The translations under genes were made by a program, and so were the position numbers. A stretch of DNA of 21,033 nucleotides from Escherichia coli (GTDB lineage Bacteria; Pseudomonadota; Gammaproteobacteria; Enterobacterales; Enterobacteriaceae), in NCBI RefSeq assembly GCF_003334335.1, contig NZ_QOWQ01000051.1. One strand, 5' to 3'. Position 1 is the stretch's first letter. Each line of letters begins with the position of its first letter. Shown here piece by piece: positions 9,111 to 18,720 of this stretch. The notes below the pieces were generated by a model. The model worked only from the letters and a program-made list of their open reading frames with translations, made no database searches and had not been told where the DNA came from.

Positions 9111-11204
9111 TTACATCAACGCCCCCATAATCTTCAACTCCAGCTCATCCGGCACTTCGTTATACGACAGCACATGCAGCCCCGGCGCAAACAACCTTGC
9201 ATAACGCGCCAGCAAAGGGCGCAGCTGCGGTGGCACCAGCAGCACCGGGTCTTTCCCCGCCGCTTTCATCTGCTCTTTCACCTGTGGCATCGTACTCTGG
9301 AACTGGTTGAGCATATTCGGATCGACCGGCACGCTGTCGAGCATCACTTTCCCGCCCTGTTGCGCCTGATTCACCACGTTGGTCAGCAGATTTTCCAGCT
9401 CATTATTCAGCGTATACACCGTCAGCTCCTGCTTGCGAACGAACGGATGGGTAATGCTGCGCCGCAATGCCAGGCGCACATCGGCCGCCAGCAGAATATG
9501 ATCTTTCGTCACCGTGCTACTGGCGACCAGCACGGTGGCGATGGTGACGATATCGCGCAGGGAAACGCCTTCGGTCAGCAGCGCCCGGTACACTTTCAGC
9601 AACTGGCTGTAATTGAGCGCCGCGCTCAAATCTTCCGCCAGACGCGGTGCCGTCGACGATAAACGGTTATGCAACTGCGTAATATCATCATAGTTAAACA
9701 AATCAGGAATATAGCTGCGCACAATCTTATTTACATGGGTAGCGATCACGCTGGCGCTGTCGATCACCTGATACCCCATATTCAGCGCCTTCGCTTTCTG
9801 CGCCGCCTGGATCCAGGTGACCGGCATCCCGTACGCCGGGTCGTTCCCCTGCACGCCGTCAATCTCGCCGTAGGTTTCGCTGGAGGGCAGGGCCATCAGT
9901 TTATCCGCCGGAATATCCGCTTCATCAGCCTTTATGCCGTTGATGAAAATGGCGTACTGACTGGGCTTAAGGCGGAAGTTTTCCCGAATGCGGATCTCCG
10001 GCAGCAGCACGCCGTTGCCGTCAGAAATCACCTGCCGCACGCCGCGAATCCGCTGGGTGAGCGGGTTACCCTGTGCTTTGTCCACCAGCGCCACCAGTTT
10101 GTAACCGAGGCTTAAACTGATAGGCTCGATCAGCGGAATGGTTTCCCAACTGACCTGCTGCTCGCTGGTTTCGGTGATGGTGCGGGTCAGCGTTTCGAGG
10201 CTTTTCTCTTCCGCCTCCGCCGCCAGCGGCTGTTTGCTCATCCGCCAGCCGGTAAAACCAAGCAGGGCGCTGAACAGCAAAAACGGCAGGTGCGGCATTC
10301 CCGGTACCACCGCCAGCACGAACATAATCCCGGTGGCGGTGTAGAGCACCGACGGGCTTGCCAGCAGCTGGTTACGCACGTCATGGGCGATATCGCCGTT
10401 GTCGCTGACGCGGGTGACGATAATCGCCGCCGCGGTGGAGAGCAGCAGGGAAGGGATCTGCGCCACCAGGCCGTCGCCGATGGTCATCAGCACATACTGC
10501 TGGAAGGCAGCATCGGCGCTCAGGTTGTATTTGAAGATCCCGATACAGACGCCGCCGATCAGGTTGATCGCCAGAATCATCATCCCGGCGATGGCGTCCC
10601 CGCGCACAAACTTCGATGCCCCGTCCATCGCGCCGTAGAAATCGGCCTCGCTGGCAACATCTTTACGCCGGGTTTGCGCCTGCGCCTGGTTGATCAATCC
10701 GGCGTTAAGATCGGCGTCAATCGCCATCTGTTTGCCGGGCATCGCGTCTAAGGTAAAGCGGGCAGAAACCTCGGAAATACGCTCGGCCCCTTTGGTGACG
10801 ACAATAAAGTTGATGATCATCAGGATGATAAACACCACGAAGCCGACGACAAAGTTGCCGCCGATCACCACCTGACCAAACGACTCAATCACCTTACCCG
10901 CCGCGCCCGCGCCGAGATGCCCGTGCAGCAGCACCACGCGCGTAGAAGCAACGTTAAGCGTCAGGCGCATTAAGGTGGTGATCAGCAAAATGGTCGGGAA
11001 CAGGCTGAATTCCAGCGGTCGTTTCGCCGACACCGCCACCAGCAGCACCATCACCGCCAGCACAATGTTGAAGGTGAACAGAATATCCAGCAGCGCAGGC
11101 GGCAGCGGCAAAATAACCATCGCCAGAATACACAGGATCACCAGCGGCACGCCGAGATTGCCGCCGCGCAGCAGCGCGAGGAACGATTTAGTTGTTTTCG
11201 CCAT
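9111..11204 (-). CDS. lfhA: Flagellar type III export apparatus protein, FlhA homolog (Flag-2 LfhA)
   Basis: 697 aa with N-terminal transmembrane segments and the FHIPEP signature region (VILPLPPALLDILFTFNIVLAVMVLL). A GAGGTG Shine-Dalgarno precedes the ATG. Clearly distinct in sequence from what I recall of E. coli Flag-1 FlhA. Confidence 0.85.
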   Translation of the reverse strand: MAKTTKSFLALLRGGNLGVPLVILCILAMVILPLPPALLDILFTFNIVLAVMVLLVAVSAKRPLEFSLFPTILLITTLMRLTLNVASTRVVLLHGHLGAGAAGKVIESFGQVVIGGNFVVGFVVFIILMIINFIVVTKGAERISEVSARFTLDAMPGKQMAIDADLNAGLINQAQAQTRRKDVASEADFYGAMDGASKFVRGDAIAGMMILAINLIGGVCIGIFKYNLSADAAFQQYVLMTIGDGLVAQIPSLLLSTAAAIIVTRVSDNGDIAHDVRNQLLASPSVLYTATGIMFVLAVVPGMPHLPFLLFSALLGFTGWRMSKQPLAAEAEEKSLETLTRTITETSEQQVSWETIPLIEPISLSLGYKLVALVDKAQGNPLTQRIRGVRQVISDGNGVLLPEIRIRENFRLKPSQYAIFINGIKADEADIPADKLMALPSSETYGEIDGVQGNDPAYGMPVTWIQAAQKAKALNMGYQVIDSASVIATHVNKIVRSYIPDLFNYDDITQLHNRLSSTAPRLAEDLSAALNYSQLLKVYRALLTEGVSLRDIVTIATVLVASSTVTKDHILLAADVRLALRRSITHPFVRKQELTVYTLNNELENLLTNVVNQAQQGGKVMLDSVPVDPNMLNQFQSTMPQVKEQMKAAGKDPVLLVPPQLRPLLARYARLFAPGLHVLSYNEVPDELELKIMGALM

Positions 11205-12327
11205 CCAGTTTAAGCACCTCTTTGGGAATGGAAATATGTCTGTTCAGGGCCGGGCGCGGCTGTGCACCCTCGCGCCAGTGTTTCATTTGCAGGACGTAGG
11301 TCAGAACGTGGGCGATGGCCCGGTAAAGCTGAAACGGAATTTGCTGGTTCACCTGGGTGGTGTAGTAAACCGAGCGCGCCAGTCGCGGGAACTCGACCAC
11401 TTCCACCTGATTCTCAGCGGCGACCTGGCGAATATAGAGGGCGATTTCATCGGTGCCTTTCGCCACCACAAACGGCGCGGCGGCGCGCGACGAGTCATAC
11501 TGCAACGCCACGGCGTAGTGGGTCGGGTTGGTGATCACCACGTTGGCTTTCGGCACCACTTTGCGAATTTGCCCCATCGCCAACTGCCGTTGCAGACGCC
11601 GCACGCGCGCCTTCACTTCCGGCTTGCCTTCCTGGTTTTTATACTCTTCTTTCAGCTCCTGTTTGGTCATCTTCAGCCCTTTGGTAAACAGGGCTTTCGC
11701 CAGCGGCACGTCGATTAACGCAAAGAAGATAAACAGGATGACAAAGTTGCGCATCACGCAGGCGTAGAGCGATAAACCCTCATTCATCGCCAGTTTGAAC
11801 GGTAGCGCCTGCAGGCCGAGAAAGGCGGCAAAGTTATTGTGCAGGCTTACCCACAGCATCACCAGCACCACCACCGACTTCACCGTCATCTTTCCCGTTT
11901 CCGCCAGATGTTCACTGGAAAACAGCCGCCCAATGCCTTTTAACGGGCTGATTTTGCTGAAATCCGGGAGGATTTTTTTCGGCAGAAACAGCCAGCCGCC
12001 GGGCACCAGCGAAGAGAGTAGCGCGGCAGCGGGCATCGGCAGCAAGGTGAGAATAAACTTGCCGAGTATTAACAGGTGATGGCGCAGAAACTGGCCGATC
12101 ACCTCCGGGTTATTAATCTCCTGCGCGTACTGATGCACGCTGATAAAACTCTCGCGCACAAAATCGGCATACCACGGGAAGCTGCTGGAGATCACCACAA
12201 ACGCCGCAAACAGGCTCGCCGCCAGCCCCATATCCTTCGAGCGCGGCAGTTGCCCCTCTTCACGCGCTTTACGCAGCTTTTGCGCCGAGGGTTTTTCTGT
12301 TTTTTCTTCGCTGCTGCTATCCGCCAT
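11188..12327 (-). CDS. lfhB: Flagellar export switch protein, FlhB homolog (Flag-2 LfhB)
   Basis: 379 aa with an FlhB-like N-terminus (…EKTEKPSAQKLRKAREEGQLPRSKD) and the conserved NPTH autocleavage motif (VVITNPTHYAVAL). Its stop overlaps the lfhA start by 17 nt. Confidence 0.85.
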   Translation of the reverse strand: MADSSSEEKTEKPSAQKLRKAREEGQLPRSKDMGLAASLFAAFVVISSSFPWYADFVRESFISVHQYAQEINNPEVIGQFLRHHLLILGKFILTLLPMPAAALLSSLVPGGWLFLPKKILPDFSKISPLKGIGRLFSSEHLAETGKMTVKSVVVLVMLWVSLHNNFAAFLGLQALPFKLAMNEGLSLYACVMRNFVILFIFFALIDVPLAKALFTKGLKMTKQELKEEYKNQEGKPEVKARVRRLQRQLAMGQIRKVVPKANVVITNPTHYAVALQYDSSRAAAPFVVAKGTDEIALYIRQVAAENQVEVVEFPRLARSVYYTTQVNQQIPFQLYRAIAHVLTYVLQMKHWREGAQPRPALNRHISIPKEVLKLDGENN

Positions 12328-13099
12328 AGTGACCTTTCAGCGCGTCGAGTTGCTGCAACACAAAATTCGCCAGATGCAGATAGTGATCCGGCAGGTTGTA
12401 GAGCAGGGTGGCAAAGCAGACCAGCCCCGCCAGCATGTTGATGGGAAAACCGAGTGAAAAAAGGTTCAGCGGCGGCGCAATGCGGTTGAGCAGGCCAAAG
12501 CAGCCCTGCACAATCAGCATGATAAAAGTGGTTGGCAGCGCCAGCAGCGATGCGGACGCCAGCACCCAGCTAAAGGCCAGCGCGATGGTGCGCAGGGTTT
12601 GCGGATGCAGCGCGTTGCCAATCGGCCAGTAGGTAAAGCCCTTATACAGCACACTCACCAGCAGCAGATGCCCGTCCATGGCAAAAAACAGCAGGATCGC
12701 GTAGACGTTGATGAGCTCCGCCAGCACGGTGGTCGATGCGCCACTGCTCGGGTCGTTCATCACCGCCATGCTCATCCCCATATTGAACGAGAGAATTTGC
12801 CCGGCCAGCTGTAGCGCCAGAAACAAAAACTGAAACATCAGCCCGAATAACATGCCCCATAAAATTTGCTCCACCGTCAGGATCAGGCTGTTGAGTGAAA
12901 GCAGGTCGTGGGGAATGGGATGCGGAATTAACGGCGTGATGATGATTGCCAGCGCCAGCGACAAAATAATCCGCACGCGCACGGTCAGGGCGCTGTTATC
13001 CAGCACTGGCACATAGCGCAGAAACGCCATAATGCGCACAAAGGGAAACCACAGCCCCAGCGCCAGATCCATCAGTTGCGTAACGTCGCTTGTGCGCAT
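12317..13099 (-). CDS. lfiR: Flagellar export gate protein, FliR homolog (Flag-2 LfiR)
   Basis: Polytopic membrane protein. The start at 13099 (MRTSDVTQLMDLALG…, 260 aa) sits 2 nt upstream of the lfiQ stop codon; the track offers an upstream start at 13150 (277 aa) that would lie inside lfiQ. Confidence 0.75.
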   Translation of the reverse strand: MRTSDVTQLMDLALGLWFPFVRIMAFLRYVPVLDNSALTVRVRIILSLALAIIITPLIPHPIPHDLLSLNSLILTVEQILWGMLFGLMFQFLFLALQLAGQILSFNMGMSMAVMNDPSSGASTTVLAELINVYAILLFFAMDGHLLLVSVLYKGFTYWPIGNALHPQTLRTIALAFSWVLASASLLALPTTFIMLIVQGCFGLLNRIAPPLNLFSLGFPINMLAGLVCFATLLYNLPDHYLHLANFVLQQLDALKGHYGG

Positions 13100-13100
13100 C

Positions 13101-13373
13101 TTAATGCACCAGCAGGGCGGCCTGGGTAAACAGGTGAATGCAGAGATCATGCAACTGGATAATCATCCATTTGCCGCACACGCCCAGCACCACCAGCGTG
13201 ACAATCAGCCTCGGCAAAAAGCTCAGGGTCTGTTCGTTAATCTGCGTTACCGCCTGGAACACGCTCACCAGCAGGCCGACCAGCAAACTCGGCACCACCA
13301 GTACCGAAACCAGCAAAATCACTACTTTTATGCCGCTGGCGACAATGTCGGCGGCAACGTCTACGGTCAACAT
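13101..13373 (-). CDS. lfiQ: Flagellar export gate protein, FliQ homolog (Flag-2 LfiQ)
   Basis: 90 aa with two hydrophobic helices, placed between the FliP and FliR homologs as in fliPQR operons. Confidence 0.8.
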   Translation of the reverse strand: MLTVDVAADIVASGIKVVILLVSVLVVPSLLVGLLVSVFQAVTQINEQTLSFLPRLIVTLVVLGVCGKWMIIQLHDLCIHLFTQAALLVH

Positions 13374-13375
13374 AA

Positions 13376-14128
13376 TCAGCCCAGCCCCAGCCCGCGAATG
13401 CTGGTGGTGAGCGTGCCGATGGTCAGCGACCAGCCGTCGATCAGCACAAACAGCATCAGCTTAAAGGGCAGCGAAACAATCAGCGGCGACAGCATCATCA
13501 TCCCCATCGCCATCAGTACGCTTGCGACAATCAGGTCGATAACCAGAAACGGGATGTAAATCATAAAGCCAATCTGGAAAGCGGTTTTCAGCTCGCTCAA
13601 CACATAGGCGGGCACCACGATAGAGAGATCCTGGTCGGCGGCATTGCCCTTCGCGCCTCCGATGGTCATGATTTGCGCCATCGCTTTTTTGTCGGTCTGC
13701 GCCAGCATAAAGCGTTTGAGTGGCGTCGCGGCGGTGCTTAACGCATCGGTCAGGGTAATCTGATCGTTTTCGAACGGCACTACTGCGTGGTCGTAAATAT
13801 TGAGCCAGATGGGGCGCATCACCAGCATGGTGAGGGAGAGCGCAATGCCAATCAGAATGCGGTTTGGCGGCGTTTGTTGCAGCCCTAGCGCCTGGCGCAG
13901 CAGCGACAGCACGATAATAAAGCGCGCAAAGCAGGTCATCATCAGCGCCATCGTCGGCAGCAAACCGACGAGGGTCATCAGAATCAGTACCTGAATTTTG
14001 ACGCTGTACTCCTGAGTGTTGCCGTGGGTGACCACGTTAAGCAGCGCAATATCGCCGCCCTGGGCGATTGCCAGCGGCGCAAGCGCCAGCAGCCCAAGGC
14101 CCAGCGTCAGTTGAGTGCGGCGTTTCAT
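13376..14128 (-). CDS. lfiP: Flagellar export gate protein, FliP homolog (Flag-2 LfiP)
   Basis: 250 aa with an N-terminal signal peptide (…LALAPLAIAQ) and a FliP-like transmembrane core. Its start overlaps the lfiN stop by 4 nt. Confidence 0.85.
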   Translation of the reverse strand: MKRRTQLTLGLGLLALAPLAIAQGGDIALLNVVTHGNTQEYSVKIQVLILMTLVGLLPTMALMMTCFARFIIVLSLLRQALGLQQTPPNRILIGIALSLTMLVMRPIWLNIYDHAVVPFENDQITLTDALSTAATPLKRFMLAQTDKKAMAQIMTIGGAKGNAADQDLSIVVPAYVLSELKTAFQIGFMIYIPFLVIDLIVASVLMAMGMMMLSPLIVSLPFKLMLFVLIDGWSLTIGTLTTSIRGLGLG

Positions 14129-14496
14129 GGTGCCAGGTCGTTGATATCGCGGGTGTTAAATTCCAGCACGCGCAGGCCGTACTTCTCGTTGACCACCACC
14201 ACTTCCGCTTTGCCCAGCAGGATATTGTTCACTTTAATATCCAGCGGCTCCCCGGCGAGTTTATCCAGCTCAATCACCGTGTCGTCGTCGATGTTAAGGA
14301 GGTCGGCTAACATGATCTCCACCGACGACACTTCCAGCGTTAAGGTCACCGGAATGCGTTTTAGCAGCGTCATCGAGTCGGAAAAACGGTCTTCCAGGCG
14401 GGTGACCAGCGTTTCAGCGTCGGCGGATTTTGCGACAGGCGCAACTTCATCGGTGAGGCCAAAATCCCCGGCTAAAATATCTTCTTGCTTACTCAT
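14125..14496 (-). CDS. lfiN: Flagellar motor switch / C-ring protein, FliN homolog (Flag-2 LfiN)
   Basis: SpoA-like C-terminal domain (…VTLTLEVSSVEIMLADLLNIDDDTVIELDKLAGEPLDIKVNNILLGKAEVVVV). The start at 14496 (MSKQEDI…) is chosen for coupling to the lfiM stop; the track's longest start is 14556. Confidence 0.75.
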   Translation of the reverse strand: MSKQEDILAGDFGLTDEVAPVAKSADAETLVTRLEDRFSDSMTLLKRIPVTLTLEVSSVEIMLADLLNIDDDTVIELDKLAGEPLDIKVNNILLGKAEVVVVNEKYGLRVLEFNTRDINDLAP

Positions 14497-15340
14497 GGCT
14501 ATTCTCATTTTTGCCCGCCAGCTCCGACAAAAACAGTTTGTCTTTGTCTTCCACAATCAGGGCGCTAAATAATTCAGATTGCCCAATCGCCACCGGGAAC
14601 GTTTCTCCCAGCGAGATGGGTAAAATATCCCCGGCTTTTATCTGCGTGAGATCCGCGACATTCATCGATAGCTCGGCGATTTTGACGTTCAGGGTCAGCG
14701 GCAGGGAGCGGATGATCTCTTTAATCAGGGCCGGTTTATTGACGGATTTCGCCACCTGCTGCGGTTTACTGTGCTCGCTGTGGCGGATCAGATTTAAAAT
14801 AAAATCGGTGTGGGCGTCGTCGAGCAAAATACGAAAACAGCTCTCTTCATCGCCCGCAAGGGTAAAGGTTAATTGATACGCCCAGTGGGTAATCACCGTG
14901 CTGCTGTCCAGCTTTAATTTCAGCGCAATACCGGAGGTTTGCAGATTAAATATCAGCGTGCAGATATCCAGCGCGAGTCGGTTCTTTAATCGTGTTTCGG
15001 TTTTGGTCGGCAGGCCGTTATGCGCTTTCGCCTCTTCAAGAGACGACTCCAGACCATAAAAATTGCCCAGCAGCATTAACAGCAAGGAGCGATCAATATC
15101 AAACGCCAGATGCCCGACCTGGGAAATCATTAGTTCAGCGTTTTTATTAATAATATCCATTTCGCAGCCAATCTTTTTTAAGGTGATATTGCTGCGATGC
15201 TTTTTGAGAAAGTAGCTGCCCAGATGCGAATCAATCACGTCAAAATTCCCCGTAAACAGGGTCGGCAGGTGATGGTAGGGGCGTCCGAGCCGATTACCTT
15301 CTAATTTAAAGATGCCTGGCGTTTTACTGTACTTCAGCAT
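14489..15340 (-). CDS. lfiM: Flagellar motor switch protein, FliM homolog (Flag-2 LfiM), short form
   Basis: 283 aa. The C-terminal region (…LTQIKAGDILPISLGETFPVAIGQSELF…) resembles the FliM SpoA-like domain. No LSQxEIDALL-type N-terminal peptide is present. Confidence 0.75.
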   Translation of the reverse strand: MLKYSKTPGIFKLEGNRLGRPYHHLPTLFTGNFDVIDSHLGSYFLKKHRSNITLKKIGCEMDIINKNAELMISQVGHLAFDIDRSLLLMLLGNFYGLESSLEEAKAHNGLPTKTETRLKNRLALDICTLIFNLQTSGIALKLKLDSSTVITHWAYQLTFTLAGDEESCFRILLDDAHTDFILNLIRHSEHSKPQQVAKSVNKPALIKEIIRSLPLTLNVKIAELSMNVADLTQIKAGDILPISLGETFPVAIGQSELFSALIVEDKDKLFLSELAGKNENSHE

Positions 15341-15485
15341 GGCTTACTTTCTCTGCTGTAATGGTATGGGCGATTTTGTGCACGCAAATCCGGCAGTGAC
15401 ACAAGGTGAGGTATTAAATAGAGGGGGAGTGAAAGGGGCAAATTATTAATAGGATGAAAAAATAATTAAATTATTAAAGGGCTAG

Positions 15486-15602
<117 letters not shown>

Positions 15603-15726
15603 ATGGATAACTCATTGTTTACCATAAAATAATATTTTTATTATCGTTTAATTCGAACTTGTTAATCCCGCCGGTGATACGCTTCACAATATCCTGTTTT
15701 CTGTCGCTACTGATATCGTTCACCCT

Positions 15727-16713
15727 ATGTCTGAACTTATTGCAACTGCCGCTTCCAGCATTAACGCTTTTACTCTGGCAAAGCGTGTCGCCGCATTTAA
15801 CGTGCCGGTGCTCATTCAGGGCGAAACCGGCGCGGGCAAAGAATGCGTGGCGAAATATATTCACACCGTAGCCTTTGGTGAAAATGATAACGCGCCCTAT
15901 ATCGGCGTGAACTGCGCAGCGATCCCGGAAAACATGCTGGAAGCTACATTATTTGGCTACGACAAAGGCGCATTTACCGGCGCAATTGCCAGTGTGCCAG
16001 GAAAAATGGAACTAGCGAATAACGGCACCTTATTACTCGATGAAATTGGCGATATGCCGCTGGCGCTACAGGCCAAAATATTACGCGTATTGCAGGAGCA
16101 ACAGGTTGAGCGATTAGGCAGCAACCGACAAATTAAACTCAATTTTCGCCTGATTGCCTGCACCAATAAAAACCTTGAACAGGAAGTGGCTGCCGGGCGT
16201 TTTCGTGAAGATCTCTATTATCGTCTGGCGGTTATTCCTATTACCATGCCGCCACTGCGTGAACGTCTGAACGATATTATTCCGCTGGCAGAGTCATTTA
16301 TAAAAAAGTACTCCACGGTGCTGGTGAAAAATATCACCCTTTCAGAATCTACCCGCCGGGCGCTGCTCAATTACCGCTGGCCCGGCAACGTGCGCCAGCT
16401 GGAGAACGCCATTCAGCGGGGAATGATTTTAAATCGCGACGGCGTGATTTACCCGGATGCCTTAGGCCTGCCGGAAACGGACGTTGCCGACCGCAGCGAA
16501 CTGCAATGGCCTGTTCAGCCCGCCGTCCACATTGCCGAAACCAGCGATTTGGGCCAGCACGGACGAAGCGCCCAGTATCAATATATCGCTGACCTGATGC
16601 GTAAATATCAGGGCAACCGCAGCAAAATCGCCGACCTGTTAGGCATTACCCCGCGCGCACTGCGCTATCGACTGGCCTCCATGCGCAAGCAAGGTATCGA
16701 AGTTTTCTCCTGA
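15727..16713 (+). CDS. lafK: Sigma54-dependent transcriptional activator (AAA+ plus HTH, no N-terminal regulatory domain), LafK-like
   Basis: 328 aa with Walker A GETGAGKE, the GAFTGA sigma54-contact loop, Walker B LLLDEIGDM and a C-terminal Fis-type HTH (…IADLLGITPRALRYRLASMRK). The AAA+ domain starts within the first few residues. An in-frame stop lies at 15649-15651 upstream. Confidence 0.85.
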   Translation: MSELIATAASSINAFTLAKRVAAFNVPVLIQGETGAGKECVAKYIHTVAFGENDNAPYIGVNCAAIPENMLEATLFGYDKGAFTGAIASVPGKMELANNGTLLLDEIGDMPLALQAKILRVLQEQQVERLGSNRQIKLNFRLIACTNKNLEQEVAAGRFREDLYYRLAVIPITMPPLRERLNDIIPLAESFIKKYSTVLVKNITLSESTRRALLNYRWPGNVRQLENAIQRGMILNRDGVIYPDALGLPETDVADRSELQWPVQPAVHIAETSDLGQHGRSAQYQYIADLMRKYQGNRSKIADLLGITPRALRYRLASMRKQGIEVFS

Positions 16714-16727
16714 CCCGGAAGTTAAAA

Positions 16728-17069
16728 ATGAGCATTACCACAATCAACAGCACCATGCAGGCGCAAATCATGCAGGACGTGCAGCGGATGCAGGCCAACG
16801 CCCAGGCGCCGGTGCTACCCGCCATGACCTTCAGTTCCACAGACCCGGACGTGTCGTTTAACCGCATTATGTACGGCGCGCTTGGTCATGTTGATCAGTT
16901 CCAGCAGGTGGCGGAGCTGCAGCAAACGGCTGTCGACACGGGCAAAAGTGATGACCTGGCAGGTGCGATGATCGCCAGCCAGCAGGCGTCGCTCTCTTTC
17001 TCCGCGCTGGTGCAGGTGCGCAATAAAATCGCCACCGGGTTTAACGACCTGATGAGTATGTCGATCTAA
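16728..17069 (+). CDS. lfiE: Flagellar hook-basal body protein, FliE homolog (Flag-2 LfiE)
   Basis: 113 aa small protein directly upstream of the FliF homolog, with a FliE-like C-terminal region (…ASQQASLSFSALVQVRNKIATGFNDLM). Confidence 0.75.
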   Translation: MSITTINSTMQAQIMQDVQRMQANAQAPVLPAMTFSSTDPDVSFNRIMYGALGHVDQFQQVAELQQTAVDTGKSDDLAGAMIASQQASLSFSALVQVRNKIATGFNDLMSMSI

Positions 17070-17073
17070 CCCT

Positions 17074-18720
17074 ATGAATGCACAAATAAAGAAGTTAACC
17101 CAGGCGTTTCCGGCGTTTCGACTGCGTCTCGTAGATAACAAACGCTGGGCGTTGATGGCGGGAGTGGGGCTTGCCGTGGCGGCGACGGCGATTATCGTCA
17201 GCGTGCTGTGGACCGGTAATCGCGGCTACGTTTCGCTCTACGGACGCCAGGAAAATCTGCCCGTGTCGCAGATTGTCACGGTGCTGGACGGCGAAAAGCT
17301 CAGCTACCGCATCGACCCGCAGAGCGGGCAGATTCTGGTGCCGGAAGATGAACTGTCGAAAACGCGTATGACCCTTGCCGCGAAAGGCGTGCAGGCGATA
17401 TTGCCCAGCGGCTACGAGCTGATGGACAAAGACGAAGTGCTCGGCAGCAGCCAGTTCGTGCAGAACGTGCGCTATAAACGCAGCCTCGAAGGGGAGCTGG
17501 CGCAGAGCATTATGTCGCTGGACGCGGTGGAGAGCGCGCGGGTGCATCTGGCGCTCAACGAAGAAAGCTCGTTTGTGGTCAGCGATGAGCCGCAAAACAG
17601 CGCCTCGGTGGTGGTGCGTCTGCACTACGGCGCGAAGCTGAATATGGACCAGGTGAACGCCATCGTGCATCTGGTTTCCGGCAGTATTCCGGGGCTGCAG
17701 GCCAGCAAAGTCAGCGTCGTCGATCAGGCGGGAAATCTGCTAACCGACGGCATTGGCGCGGGCGAGGCGGTCTCTGCCGCTACCCGTAAACGCGATCAGA
17801 TCCTCAAAGACATTCAGGACAAAACCCGCGCCAGCGTGGCGAACGTGCTGGATTCGCTGGTCGGCAGCGGGAATTACCGTGTCAGCGTGATGCCGGATCT
17901 CGACCTCAGCACCATCGACGAAACTCAGGAACACTACGGAGACGCGCCGAAAATAAACCGCGAAGAGAGCGTGCTGGACAGCGACACCAATCAGGTGGCG
18001 ATGGGTGTGCCCGGCTCTCTCAGCAACCGTCCGCCGGTTGCGGCGAATCAGATGACCAACGGCACGGAAGAAAATCGCTCGCCGGAAGCGTTATCCAAAC
18101 ACAGCGAAAGCAAGCGCGATTACTCTTACGACCGCAGCGTCCAGCATATTCAGCATCCCGGCTTTGCGGTGAAACGCCTCAACGTGGCGGTGGTGCTCAA
18201 TCAAAACGCCCCGGCGCTGAAAAACTGGAAGCCGGAACAGACCACGCAGCTTACCGCGTTGCTGAACAATGCCGCCGGGATCGACGCGCAACGTGGAGAT
18301 AACCTGACGCTTTCACTGCTTAACTTTGTCCCGCAGGTGGTCCCGGTCGAACCGGTGATCCCGCTGTGGAAAGATGACAGCGTGCTGGCCTGGGTGCGGC
18401 TGATTGGCTGCGGCCTGCTGGCGCTGTTGTTGCTGTTCTTTGTGGTGCGCCCGGTAATGAAACGCCTGACGGCGGTGCGTGCGCCGGTTATCACACCAGA
18501 ACCGGAAGCTGTCAGCGAACCGTGGATCGCTATGCCGGAAGAGGAGCGCAAAAACGTCGATCTGCCGTCGCTGCCCGGCGATGACAGCCTGCCTTCGCAG
18601 AGTTCCGGCCTCGAAGTGAAACTCGAGTTCCTGCAAAAACTGGCCATGAGCGACACCGATCGCGTAGCCGAAGTTCTCAGACAATGGATCACCAGCAATG
18701 AGCGAATTGACAACAAATAA
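17074..18720 (+). CDS. lfiF: Flagellar MS-ring protein, FliF homolog (Flag-2 LfiF)
   Basis: 548 aa with an N-terminal TM segment, a large periplasmic region and a second TM near the C-terminus (…LIGCGLLALLLLFFVV…). Length and topology fit FliF rather than the shorter injectisome SctJ. Confidence 0.85.
   Translation: MNAQIKKLTQAFPAFRLRLVDNKRWALMAGVGLAVAATAIIVSVLWTGNRGYVSLYGRQENLPVSQIVTVLDGEKLSYRIDPQSGQILVPEDELSKTRMTLAAKGVQAILPSGYELMDKDEVLGSSQFVQNVRYKRSLEGELAQSIMSLDAVESARVHLALNEESSFVVSDEPQNSASVVVRLHYGAKLNMDQVNAIVHLVSGSIPGLQASKVSVVDQAGNLLTDGIGAGEAVSAATRKRDQILKDIQDKTRASVANVLDSLVGSGNYRVSVMPDLDLSTIDETQEHYGDAPKINREESVLDSDTNQVAMGVPGSLSNRPPVAANQMTNGTEENRSPEALSKHSESKRDYSYDRSVQHIQHPGFAVKRLNVAVVLNQNAPALKNWKPEQTTQLTALLNNAAGIDAQRGDNLTLSLLNFVPQVVPVEPVIPLWKDDSVLAWVRLIGCGLLALLLLFFVVRPVMKRLTAVRAPVITPEPEAVSEPWIAMPEEERKNVDLPSLPGDDSLPSQSSGLEVKLEFLQKLAMSDTDRVAEVLRQWITSNERIDNK

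Noticed and set aside
9090-9662. 190-aa plus-strand ORF, and similar ones at 9669..10115, 10290..10751 and 10975..11718, antisense to lfhA/lfhB
   Set aside because: Low-complexity R/H/Q-rich translations lying fully inside well-supported flagellar genes on the other strand. They are the expected stop-codon-poor antisense frames of GC-rich coding DNA, with no recognisable domains or independent start signals.
15619-15864. 81-aa minus-strand ORF and 70-aa plus-strand ORF (15659..15871) around the lafK start
   Set aside because: Both overlap the lafK 5' end or AT-rich promoter DNA. Translations are hydrophobic or low-complexity without motifs, and the plus-strand one is out of frame with the AAA+ domain, so it does not extend LafK.
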